NCBI GenBank assembly: GCA_963728565.1 | Contig: CAVSLC010000002.1 | Location: 64,001-128,000, forward strand | Direction: 5' to 3' | DNA length: 64,000 nt | Origin: an uncultured delta proteobacterium | GTDB taxonomy: Bacteria > Desulfobacterota > Binatia > UBA9968 | Made by a program: the position numbers and the translations under genes | In this document: positions 29,646-39,715 of the stretch, piece after piece | Layout of the letters: each line of letters begins with the position of its first letter | Position numbering within the stretch: position 1 is the stretch's first letter | The notes under the pieces: generated by a model | The model's input: only the letters and a program-made list of their open reading frames with translations | What the model was told of the DNA's origin: nothing | Database searches by the model: none

Positions 29646-31662
29646 GCGATCAGGTGGTCACAAGTCTGCCGTCAGGTTTTGAGATGCCTTATAAGCCCAA
29701 TGAAAACTCTTTAAACATGAAAGACGTATTCGTCATCTGCGCGCTGATTCTTTACTTCGCCTGTTTGCTAACTTTCTCGAGCTTCTTCTACCTTGCCACT
29801 GAAGATTATGAAGCGATAGCTGCCGTGGATTTTATCATGCAGGGCCGTCTTATTGGGGAGCCTACCGGCTGGCCCTATACTCCGCTCGCAGGCTACTTAT
29901 TTTATTTACACTCCATCGCTTTCGGCGAAAGTTTGTTGGGGTTTCGACTGCTAACAGGTTTTTTGCTTCTGACATCCGTGGTTCCTCTTTACCTTACCAT
30001 TCGCGCTTTGGCTGATCCCTCTATGGCTTTGGCGTTAACACTTTTGTCATTTTCGCTAAGCACTTTCCCGCATCCGCGGCTCGAGTATTTCATCGAAGGA
30101 GCTATCGCCTCGTTTGCGATCTATTTGGGCGTAAAGCACGTACAAACGAACCGAAAAGTATATGTTTACGGATGTGCTGTTTTCGCGGTTGTCGCTTTTG
30201 CATCAAGAGGGTCATCCCAATAGTTCAGCGCTGCTTCTCCTTTTGCCGATCGGCTTGGTCTCCGTACCTTGGATTATCGAGGGCAAACAGTCCTGGAAAG
30301 CAGCAATTACCCGGCTGGCGAGTCGAGGCCGCTTCTGGGTGACACAGATGCGGTCGAACATCTACGCCTCTATTTGCATGGGCCTTTTGACGATCGCGAG
30401 CTTCGTATGGATTTCACAATTTCTCAGAGAAATCGTGTACAGGCGTTTGTTCGTTGAGTACACTGATTTGAACGATCTAAGTTCCACCTGGATGAAATCG
30501 AATAGCGGTGGCTGGTCATGGACACTGCTACTTCTCCTGGCAAGCATTTATGTTGCAATTCGTTGGAAGGGCAAAATAAAACAATCTGTGGTGTTGGTCT
30601 TACGCAGATCGGTAAGGACATTCGTTCCGTTTTTTATCGTTGGCGGCTTCGATTCTCATCATTGCGATTTGGGCCGGTTACTCTTTCACTGATCTGATGT
30701 TTTTTATTTTTCCCACAGACATTATCGCAGACCATAAAGCGGTGGGAAGAATTGGCGCCCGAGCAAGAGGCGTGCTTCCGGTATTTTTAATTGTTACTGC
30801 AGCGACATTGTATTGTTACCTCAACGATCGAATGCGGGCGGACAAAGCCACGATCAGTCTGTTTCTTCTGTTATTAGTTCCGGCGACTTTCGCCCGATTC
30901 TTTCCGACTTATAACATGCTCTACCTCGGGGTATTTCCTGTGGCGGTGTTCCTAGCTTGTGTATTGCCGTGCGTTCTAGCACAGAACCAGACATTTTGTC
31001 GGCGCCTCAACGCGACGATGATAGTTTTCTTTATTATTTACTCTTTAGCGTCGAACTATCTTCTCTTCATAAGAACACAAGTCGCAGACCTCAATGATGA
31101 CCGTTTAATAAGGCTCGAAACCGGGCCTTTAGCGGGCATTTTCGTCGAAAGAGACGTATTTAAGCTCTTCGAGGACGTTCGAGCACGCTTGAATTTGCAC
31201 GGGGATGCTAAGCACGAAACATATGCTTTTCTCTCCTCCCGTTACGTTAAGTTTATTCCATTAGTGTATGGATGGAGGGATCCACTGGCCGGTCAGAATT
31301 TGATGATTCAATTAGGAAAAATATGGTCCTACGATGATTTGATCAAAATCAAGGGGGTGGAATCAGACAACATTTTCGATTGGGCGGGTTTAATTTATCG
31401 CTGGCGCGAAACGGCTGTGGTTCGCTTGGAGGAGTCGCAAGTAAGGCTAATTGTAATGAGCCTATATGACGAAACCGTTCTTGAAGAAGTGTTGGAACCT
31501 TCAGCGGATCCATTGAGGGAATACCTGCGGTTAAATTTTAGCATCAGCGACGCCATCGAACCGACGATGACTGCCTACAGGCGGTCGAGTTTTCCAGAGG
31601 GAGCGGTCATTCTAATACGCAACACTCACCAGCCAGATCTTCCTACGGATCGGGCGCAATAA
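29642..31662 (+). CDS. Polytopic membrane protein (putative GT-C glycosyltransferase), split into three ORFs by 1-nt insertions near 30210 and 30640
   Basis: Consecutive hydrophobic ORFs 29642-30223, 30162-30692 and 30640-31662, each shifted +1; acidic EDYE motif and WPYTPL after TM1. Confidence 0.5.
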
Positions 31663-31680
31663 GCGCCCGGTTGCTTGTAC

Positions 31681-32919
31681 ATGGAAGTGAAAAGAGTTTT
31701 CTTCGCTGGTCATCTCCGGCCATTCAAGCACGTTGGGCGACATCCTCAATTTGAGCATATTCACAATCCGCCGCCCGGTTATGAATTTGTTACCAGCGGC
31801 CAGACCAGCTCTGCAAAATACCGCACTATTAAATCGCTATCAGGTCTTTGCCGTGACGCTCTTGCAAACGGATCGACAGTTAAGGATTTATCGAGATTCA
31901 TTCGGTCCCGTTCGCTCCGAGCGCAGCTCTCTTTCCCCAATTCCGCTTTGGCATTCCTTCCGAGTACGCCTTTTATTCTTGGGCAAGCACCGTGGGTGAT
32001 CGAGATTGAAGATACCACTACGCTGTTCGCGCCATTTCCGAGAATCAACGGCAAGAGAGTCTATCCGCGGCTTTTAGGACTGGACGGCGTTTATGATTCC
32101 GGATTCTTTCCAGCGGTCAAAGCCTTACTGGAAAATGAAAGCTGTCGAGGTATCATCTGCCACGTTCGATCTACTGCAGATAGCATTCCGATCTTGTTTG
32201 GAAATCCGAAACTGGCCGAAAAGGTTACTCACATTCCAATAGGAATTGGAATACCACCTAATGGCAAATCCAGAGGGGATGGCAGAACGGTTACGCTATT
32301 GTTCACGAATTCATGGCATCAAGGAGCCACCGGCTTTTACCTGCGCGGCGGCCTCGATCTGCTAGAAGCTTACTCAATGCTTTACTCGGGAAACAAAAAC
32401 TTGCGACTCATCGTCAGAAGCAAGCTACCCGACGACTTGGAGGGCCGATACCACGAAATTATCGAACGCTGCAATGTTACGGTGATCGATCGATTTCTTT
32501 CAGAAGAGGAATTTCGGTCGCTCTTTGACAGCGCGGACATCTACGTATTGCCTTCCGCCCGGTTACACGTGGTGTCAATTCTACAAGCGATGGCTCACGG
32601 TTTGGCAGTTGTCGCTTCCGACGGGTGGGGCATTCCAGAATATATCGATCATGAGAAAAATGGCGTGATAGTGGCCGGTCGCTACGGCGAGACATCGTGG
32701 ATGACGCCAGACGGTATGCTGATGGAAGACTACCGGCCGCTTCTAACGACAACCCCTAAGATAGCGGATGCCCTAAGGGACGTCCTTGCCATGCTAATCC
32801 GGGAGCCGCTCAGGCGACGACAGTTGGGCGAGACAGCTAGAAGAGATGTCGAAACGAAGTTTTCGCTTGAAGCCTGGAACTTGGGTCTGGCGCGAGCATT
32901 CGACCGTGCCTTAGCGTGA
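31681..32919 (+). CDS. GT4 (GT-B) glycosyltransferase
   Basis: ADIYVLPS...ILQAMAHGLAVVASD..GIPEYI.HEKNG. Confidence 0.85.
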   Translation: MEVKRVFFAGHLRPFKHVGRHPQFEHIHNPPPGYEFVTSGQTSSAKYRTIKSLSGLCRDALANGSTVKDLSRFIRSRSLRAQLSFPNSALAFLPSTPFILGQAPWVIEIEDTTTLFAPFPRINGKRVYPRLLGLDGVYDSGFFPAVKALLENESCRGIICHVRSTADSIPILFGNPKLAEKVTHIPIGIGIPPNGKSRGDGRTVTLLFTNSWHQGATGFYLRGGLDLLEAYSMLYSGNKNLRLIVRSKLPDDLEGRYHEIIERCNVTVIDRFLSEEEFRSLFDSADIYVLPSARLHVVSILQAMAHGLAVVASDGWGIPEYIDHEKNGVIVAGRYGETSWMTPDGMLMEDYRPLLTTTPKIADALRDVLAMLIREPLRRRQLGETARRDVETKFSLEAWNLGLARAFDRALA

Positions 32920-33183
32920 GCCGAGATGGCGTCGCTAGAGTAAGAGCATTCGATTCCCGCCCCTCCGGTGTCGGGTTTCGCGACAGCTATGTGGCGATAA
33001 AAAACAGCGTCATGAAGTTTTTTAATCACCGGAAGTACCGATAAAATGTAACCAACGTGAATGTCACATGAAACGTAATGCCATGAATTAAGTTGACATC
33101 TGTTCCATTTTGGGCAATTGTAGGCGCCACAATCGCGACCCGAGATTCATGCTTTCCAGTGAAACTTCAGAAACCGGCAGTTT

Positions 33184-33714
33184 TTGCCAAACTCATATAC
33201 CCACCCGATAAGTTGTCGCATAGTACTTCTGCTCATCCTGACGCTTCTATATTCCGGCAATGTTCAGGCCAGTTCTACTCGCGCACTGTCAATCGCTGAG
33301 CTAACGAAGCGGTCGGATGTCATCGTTCTTGGTACGGTAACCGCCATAGCAAGTGATTGGAACGTCAATCGAACAGCAATTGAGACGCACATCAATCTAA
33401 AAGTGGAAGAGATTTTAAAAGGTACAGTTGACCACGGCAAAATCACCGTCCATCAACTTGGCGGTGTGGTAGGAGAAATCGCTAGTTCGGTCGGCGAAGC
33501 GGCAGCGTTTGTCGAGGGAGAAAGAGTCGCCGTATTCTTGTCTAAAAACGATCGTGAGAGATTACAACTAGTCGGCTTTTTCCAAGGTAAGTTCTCCGTT
33601 GAACCACGTCCCAAAGGGGAAATGGCCGTGCGAAGAATTCCGGGAGTTGACAAACCAGTGGATGAATTCCCTCTCGACAACTTCAAGCTGCAGGTCCAAG
33701 AGGCAATCGCATAG
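33184..33714 (+). CDS. Small secreted protein, paralogous to the N-terminal domain of the downstream metalloprotease
   Basis: Signal peptide (IVLLLILTLLYSGNVQA); SDVIVLGTV...VEEILKG...ITVHQLGG...GERVAVFL...QGKFSV aligns with the next ORF. Confidence 0.7.
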   Translation: MPNSYTHPISCRIVLLLILTLLYSGNVQASSTRALSIAELTKRSDVIVLGTVTAIASDWNVNRTAIETHINLKVEEILKGTVDHGKITVHQLGGVVGEIASSVGEAAAFVEGERVAVFLSKNDRERLQLVGFFQGKFSVEPRPKGEMAVRRIPGVDKPVDEFPLDNFKLQVQEAIA

Positions 33715-33749
33715 TACCAGGCGAAGTCCAAAGTTTCCTTTACAAGGAT

Positions 33750-36072
33750 ATGATCGACTTGATTCATCAAAATCGGACCGGAGTATCTTCGCGCCAGCGC
33801 CTGAGACTACTGATTTCTTGCGCCATTGTAATTGCTGTTCTTGGTTATTTGATGAATGCCGATGCAACCATCATTGTCCCCACTGAAGATCATCACCTTA
33901 TTCGGCAAGCGAGCACGATAGTACTAGGGCAGATTACAAGAATTGACAGCCACTGGTATGCGGCAAAAACACAAATCTATACTCATGTCGGAGTTCGGGT
34001 GGAGGAAGTCCTCAAGGGAGAACTATCTGAACCTGAGATAACGGTAAAACAGCTCGGCGGGACTGTTGGCGGGCTTCGGTCCTGGATTTTCGGCAGTCCG
34101 GAGTTCGCCCTGGGCGAAAGAGTTCTGTTATTTCTCACGGCAAATCCTGACGGGACTCTGCGAGTACTAAGTCTGTACCAGGGGAAGTTCTCGATTGTGC
34201 TGAATTCGCAGACCGGAGAACAGTTCTTTTACAGAGGTTTGCATCCGGAAGGTGTCCGTAACCTGACGCGTTCGGCTAGAAACGCAGACTCAGCTAAGCT
34301 GGTGGAAATGCGTCCGCTGGCCCGGTTTAAAGCTGAGATCGCCGCCCAAGTTGCTCAAGAACAAGCACCCGCTAGCTCTGGCAGCTTAGCTCTTCCAGCA
34401 TCAGTCGCGGGAGATATCGTTGAGCGCCATGAACGATTCACGTTTCTGGGAAGCCCGTCACGCTGGTTTGAACCGGATAATGCAAACACAGTCCCAATGT
34501 TCATGAATCCGCAGGGAGAGCCGAACGCGCCAAGCGGCGGCTTCGACCAGATTCGCAGTGCGTATCAGGCTTGGGGTACAGTTATAGGGACGACATTTAG
34601 ATTTCACGATGCCGGATTTACTTCTGCGCAAGGCTTTGCGTTCGACGGTATCAATGCTGTTTCCTTTGGTGATCCGCTGGGGCAGATTGATCCGCCTCAG
34701 GGGTGCAGCGGCACGCTAGCGATCGGCGGATACTTCCGGAGCACCAGCGAAACTGCATCCGTCAATGGCCAAAGCTTTTTCCGAATTCTTGAAGGAGATC
34801 TTGTTTTTGCCGATGGATGGCAGGGCTGCGGCTTCTACGAAAGCTTCAGCAATCTGGCCGAGGTCGCCGCTCATGAGCTAGGACATGTCCTCGGCTTGGG
34901 CCATTCGTCTGACCCGAATGCGACTATGTTCGCCGTTCGCCCACTTCGACGGCCGTGCTGCCGCGCTACAAAGTGACGACATTGCGGGCATAAACTTCTT
35001 TTATCCGAAAGCCGTCTCCACGGCCCAGATTCAGTATGCCGATGTGAATGGAGACGGTAATGCCGATACTTTAAACTTCGATGTTTCTGGCGGAGCAGGG
35101 GTTTGGGTGAGTCTGTCGGTAGGCACTGATTCAACAGTGCCAGAGTTGTGGTTGCAGCATGGGCCATCGACTCCCGATCAAATAAAGTACGCCGATGTAG
35201 ACGGCGATGGCAAAGCCGATGCGCTGTATTTCGATACATCGCGAAGTAGCGAGATTTTGGTCAGTTTGTCGACAGGAAGTACCTTCACGACACCGGAAAC
35301 GTGGCTTCAACACGGCCCATCGACGCCCGACCAGATTCAGTACGCCGATGTCAATGGAGATGGCAAAGCCGATGCGCTGTATTTCGATACATCTCGAAGT
35401 GGAGCAGTGTGGGTAAGTCTATCCAGCGGCGCCGACTTCGGGATACCGGAAATGTGGGCTCAATATGCGCCATCGACTCCGGGACAGATCAAGTATTTTG
35501 ACATAGATGGCGACGGCAAAGCCGATGCGCTCCATTTTGACACTACCGGAGCGGTACGGGTAGCGCTGTCGACCGGCTCGGTTTTCACCGCTCCAACCAT
35601 TTGGCTGCAGCATGGGCCGTCGACCATAGAGCAGCTTCAGTATATTGACGTGAATGGAGACGGAAGGAGCGATGCACTGTATTTCGATACCCTGAGAAGT
35701 AACGGTGTCTGGGTGAGTCTATCAACCGGGACCGGATTCGCGGGCGCACAACTATGGCTTCAACATGGGCCTTCGACGCCTGATCAGATCCAGTATGCCG
35801 ATGTCAACGGAGATGGTAGAGCCGATGCAGTATACTTCGACACACTGCGTAGTCGAGGAGTGTGGGTAAGTCGGTCAACGGGGACATCGTTCAGTGGTGG
35901 CGAGTTGTGGTTGCAGCACGGGGACTCTGCTCCGGATCAGATTCAGTACGCCGACGTGAACGGAGATGGCAGAGCCGATGCGTTATACTTCGATAGTTCA
36001 AGGAGTAAGAGTGTATGGCTTAGCCTGTCAACCGGGACGACTTTTAGTAATGGCCTTGTTTGGATCCCCTAG
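33750..36072 (+). CDS. Secreted matrixin (metzincin) metalloprotease with C-terminal 7-repeat beta-propeller; 1-nt insertion near 34935
   Basis: Signal/TM, HELGHVLGLGHS zinc motif and Met-turn (PNATM); the +1 frame continues with L.SDDIAGI..YP (metzincin end) and seven DVNGDG repeats. Confidence 0.8.
35026..36069 (+). repeat. Seven tandem ~153-bp (51-aa) coding repeats (FG-GAP/VCBS/PVL-like)
   Basis: Consensus QIQYADVNGDGKADALYFDTxRSxGVWVSLSTGTxFxxxELWLQHGxSTPD. Confidence 0.92.
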
Positions 36073-36180
36073 TCTCGATTGGCACATTTCGATCGTCTCT
36101 GATGCTTCTGCCGCCGGTGGCATGGCCAGAGAAGTTGCTCAGATACCAACCGCGAGCAAATGTCCTGGTCAGATCGGTGA

Positions 36181-37704
36181 TCAGTCGGTTGACCAAAGAA
36201 AAGCCGAAGCGAAGCTATCGCCGTTAGATAAACTGACCCACACGCCTCCGCTGCGCAGAGTATCGTAGTAAATAGCGTCGGCTTTTCCATCCCCATTAAG
36301 ATCGGAGTATTCGATTTGGTCCGGTGTGGATTCTCCGTGTTCTAGCCACAGCTGCCCTGGCGTAAAAGCTGTTCCGGTAGATAAGCTCACCCATACGCCC
36401 CGGCTGCGGAACGCATCAAAATATAGCGCGTCTGCTTTGCCGTCTCCATTGACATCAGCATACTGGATCTGATTGGGCGTGGACTCGCCATGTTGCAGCC
36501 AGTTTTTCACCGGCTCAAAGGCTGTCCCTGTGGATAGGCTCACCCATACGCCTCGGCTGCGAAATGTATCAAAGTATATTGCATCAACTTTTCCATCCCC
36601 GTTCACGTCTGCATACTGAATCTGATCCGGTGTCGAGGATCCATGGCAGATCCAGGATTGCGGAGAAGTAAAGCCGATGCCAGTCGAGAAACTGACACGG
36701 ACACAGTTCGACTTACCGCTGTCAAAGTAAAGCGCATCGGCCTTCCCATCTCCGTTGATATCTGCATATTGGATTTGGTTTGGGGTAGACTCGCCATACT
36801 GGACCCACATCTCTGCCGGCTTAAAGCCGATTCCTTCAGACAGGCTGACCCAAACGCCGCGGCTGCGTAACGTGTCGAAGTAGAGTGCGTCGGCTGTGCC
36901 GTCTCCATTGACGTCTGCATATTGAATTTGATCCGGGGTGGAATCGCCGTGTTGCAGCCACATCTCTGCCGGTGCAAACCCATTCTCTGTGCCTAAACTA
37001 ACCCAGACTCCTCGGCTTCCGGCGGTATCAAAGTAAACTGCGTCGATTTTTCCGTCGCCATTGATGTCTGCGTATTTGGTCCGGTTGGTTAAAAGCTGTG
37101 CGCTATCTTGCAGCCACTCCGCTCGCAGATCGACGGTAGGTTTATTGAAGGTCGCGATACAGCTTTTATTTGTGTTCATCGTAACCGAACCATCGACGCA
37201 ATCTGCGTGACCGCTCCAGCCGGTAAATGTCGAACCCGCGGCCGGCGTGGCCATCAATGATACGGTAGCGCCGGCGGTCAACGTCGCATTGCAATTTGTG
37301 CCGCAGTTTACGGCTATCGGATTAGAGGTGACGGTGCCACTGCCGTTTCCCGACCTGCTAATCGAGAGAATAAAAGTTGCCAATGTTTCAGTGGCTTTGC
37401 ACGCTTCGACGGAGGGGGAATCTCCAGCGCTGTTGAAAGCTCTGACCCGATAACAGTAGTTAGTTCCGTAGGAAAGATTTGGATCGGTGTAGGAGGTTAC
37501 GTTTGCGCCAACCGTTGCAATCGGCACGAAGGCTCCGTTTGTTCCAGTCATTCGATCAATCTTAAAGCCGTCCTCATTAGCGGAATTATCTACCCACGCC
37601 AGCTGCAGTTGAGCCGCGAGCGCCTCACGACTGAACGAAAGAGCCAGGAGCAGCAGTGATATAAACCGCTGGTTTATAAGCTTCCGTAGTTTCATTTGCC
37701 TCAT
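36181..37704 (-). CDS. Secreted protein: FN3 domain + InlB-B/Flg_new-like repeat + six propeller repeats
   Basis: Signal peptide; LAWVDNSANEDGFKI...YCYRVRAFNSAG (FN3); GNGSGTVTS...C...ATPAAGSTFTGWSG...C; then the same 51-aa repeats. Confidence 0.85.
   Translation of the reverse strand: MRQMKLRKLINQRFISLLLLALSFSREALAAQLQLAWVDNSANEDGFKIDRMTGTNGAFVPIATVGANVTSYTDPNLSYGTNYCYRVRAFNSAGDSPSVEACKATETLATFILSISRSGNGSGTVTSNPIAVNCGTNCNATLTAGATVSLMATPAAGSTFTGWSGHADCVDGSVTMNTNKSCIATFNKPTVDLRAEWLQDSAQLLTNRTKYADINGDGKIDAVYFDTAGSRGVWVSLGTENGFAPAEMWLQHGDSTPDQIQYADVNGDGTADALYFDTLRSRGVWVSLSEGIGFKPAEMWVQYGESTPNQIQYADINGDGKADALYFDSGKSNCVRVSFSTGIGFTSPQSWICHGSSTPDQIQYADVNGDGKVDAIYFDTFRSRGVWVSLSTGTAFEPVKNWLQHGESTPNQIQYADVNGDGKADALYFDAFRSRGVWVSLSTGTAFTPGQLWLEHGESTPDQIEYSDLNGDGKADAIYYDTLRSGGVWVSLSNGDSFASAFLWSTD
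36184..37083 (-). repeat. Six tandem ~153-bp coding repeats, inverted relative to 35026-36069
   Basis: Same consensus as the repeats in the convergent protease gene. Confidence 0.92.
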
Positions 37705-38127
37705 ATCTAGAGCCTCGCTGCACCCGACCTACGCATGCCGAATGCCATGCGGCCGTTGCAAGGCTTGTACAGAAATTGGCGTAATTGGACATTGCCTTAC
37801 AAGATTGCTCCGAACTGGCAATGTACATTCTTGCGCTTGAGGCCGGAGCGCTCGTGGTGTAAAAAACGAGCATCGAAGGACGAGCACGCACTACATCGAG
37901 AACGTCCGCGTAAATTTAAGGTCCTGATGCGAAACGCGATGCAGTTAGGTCGACCGATGCTGATTGATCGTTGATCGGGAGGGATTTAATCGAAGGAATA
38001 TAGTGTCGGTGGCTGCGAGAATAGTCGTTGATCTCAATAATAAAATTTGTCGCGCAGAATGTGGTCGAGGTTTGTTGACTTTCCAAAAGTTTTTGCATAC
38101 CTGCTATCATCTGTTAACTCGTTATCT

Positions 38128-39063
38128 ATGGACACACCGCTGGTTTCCGTCATTCTTTTTGCCCATGCGCCTTACGCGAAGTTCATCCCGAGCTCACTCG
38201 GATCTATTCTGAAGCAATCCTATAGTTCACTGGAAGTCTTTGTGCTCGGCGATGGTTCTAGAGAATTGGAGCAGGCTCTCGCACCATTCAAGGAAGATCC
38301 TCGATGTATTTCGGCTTCTCAGGGCGCCCTGCCGTTCCTCCAGGCGAGTAATGAGGTAATGAAACGGTGTCATGGAAAGTACCTAGGTACCTGGAACAGC
38401 GACGACATTTATGAAGTTGATCACGTCAAAGTCCTAGTCAATGCTCTTGAAGAAGATGCAAGACTTGGCGGAGCGTTCGATAATACGGAATACTTCAGCG
38501 ATCAGCCTGTAAATCTCGGCAAAGAAAGGCCGAAGTTGACCTTAGGCCCGATGGTCCAAAACGGTCGTGGTAAGAAGCTCGCATCGATGCGGCTTTCGGT
38601 TCACGACATCCTTAAGGATAATTTTATGACGGGGCCCTCTTCACTGATAACCAAGACCGCCTTCGAATCAGTAGGAGGTTATGACAAAGACATCTATCTT
38701 AATTGTGATCTGCATTGGTTTTATCGGCTCACTGCCTATTTCCCGGTTCGCTATGTCGACTACATCGGCGTGAGGAAGCGTATCCATCCGTTGAATAACA
38801 CAGCTGTAAACCCTCATTATGAGTATGGCGTGCGCGAGCTCGAGCATATCCGCGATCACTATCCAGATGTCTATAGCCGGATCGGCAGGAACGCTTTCAA
38901 TAAAAAATTAGGAAGAAAATACCTACGGCTTGGCTTATACTACGAAAGAAATGGTGAGTTAACCAAAGCTAGAGAGGCTTATAAGCAAGCCATGCTCCTT
39001 AGAAAGTGGAGTCTTCGCTATCATTGGGAGTACATCCGCTCCACCCGATCGGCGGCCCGGTAA
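38128..39063 (+). CDS. GT2 glycosyltransferase with C-terminal TPR-like helix
   Basis: PLVSVI, SILKQSY, GKYL...NSDD, FESVGGYD...D. Confidence 0.8.
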   Translation: MDTPLVSVILFAHAPYAKFIPSSLGSILKQSYSSLEVFVLGDGSRELEQALAPFKEDPRCISASQGALPFLQASNEVMKRCHGKYLGTWNSDDIYEVDHVKVLVNALEEDARLGGAFDNTEYFSDQPVNLGKERPKLTLGPMVQNGRGKKLASMRLSVHDILKDNFMTGPSSLITKTAFESVGGYDKDIYLNCDLHWFYRLTAYFPVRYVDYIGVRKRIHPLNNTAVNPHYEYGVRELEHIRDHYPDVYSRIGRNAFNKKLGRKYLRLGLYYERNGELTKAREAYKQAMLLRKWSLRYHWEYIRSTRSAAR

Positions 39064-39325
39064 GTCCTGCTCTGCAACGCCGAATGCGTTATCTTGGTCC
39101 GAAGAGAAAATGATTGACGAGCTTGTTATCTGGTCACCGACGCGGTTTTGAGCCTTTTGTATTATCCTTGCCGCGGATAGCTGCGAATCAATCCACCCTC
39201 CGGGTTTCAACATCCTGAGAATAGGGTAACGCTGGCATACTAGGCCGTGAGAAAAGTTCCATCAAAAGCTTCAATCGCAAAACGTTTTCGCTCGGTTGGG
39301 AATCTGTTATAGTGATGCCCTGACA

Positions 39326-39691
39326 ATGCAGCCCGTCACGTACAAAGGCAGAATAATCGACAAACCCTGGGGGCACGAGCTCATATGGGCCCACACGGAG
39401 CGTTACGTCGGGAAAATTCTCCACATCAATAAAGGGGAATCACTGAGCTACCAATATCATCGTATCAAGGACGAGACCGTTAATTTGCTGGCCGGAGTTC
39501 TCGAAATGGATCTGGAGACCGACAACGGAAGAACGACGGTGCGGTTCTTCCCCGGCGATTGCCTCCATATAACTCCCGGCATGAAGCATCGCATGACGGC
39601 GGTGGAGGAATGCGACGTACTGGAAGTCTCCACGCCCGAACTGGACGATGTAATCCGTTTGGAAGACCGCTATGGCCGCGCCGGCACCTAA
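39326..39691 (+). CDS. Cupin protein (mannose-6-phosphate isomerase type II C-domain-like)
   Basis: DKPWGHE...LSYQYH..KDET...HR...EVST...DVIRLEDRYGR. Confidence 0.8.
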   Translation: MQPVTYKGRIIDKPWGHELIWAHTERYVGKILHINKGESLSYQYHRIKDETVNLLAGVLEMDLETDNGRTTVRFFPGDCLHITPGMKHRMTAVEECDVLEVSTPELDDVIRLEDRYGRAGT

Positions 39692-39715
39692 AACGAATCG
39701 CTAGGTTACTCGTTT

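Noticed and set aside
32949-32967. TTCGATTCCCGCCCCTCCG, resembling a tRNA/tmRNA 3' end (possible att site)
   Set aside because: The upstream bases do not form a T-stem, there is no CCA end, no second copy was seen, and no integrase is in the window.
33046-33072. CRP/FNR-like site (GTGAATGTCAC) upstream of the protease genes
   Set aside because: The half-site spacing is 3 nt instead of 6, which is too weak to call.
35026-37083. Regular repeats considered as a CRISPR array
   Set aside because: The 153-bp period is in frame, units vary mostly at synonymous positions, there are no unique spacers, and no cas genes are present.
37735-38110. Short ORFs in the divergent intergenic region
   Set aside because: No motifs, no convincing RBS and mutual overlaps; most likely promoter DNA.
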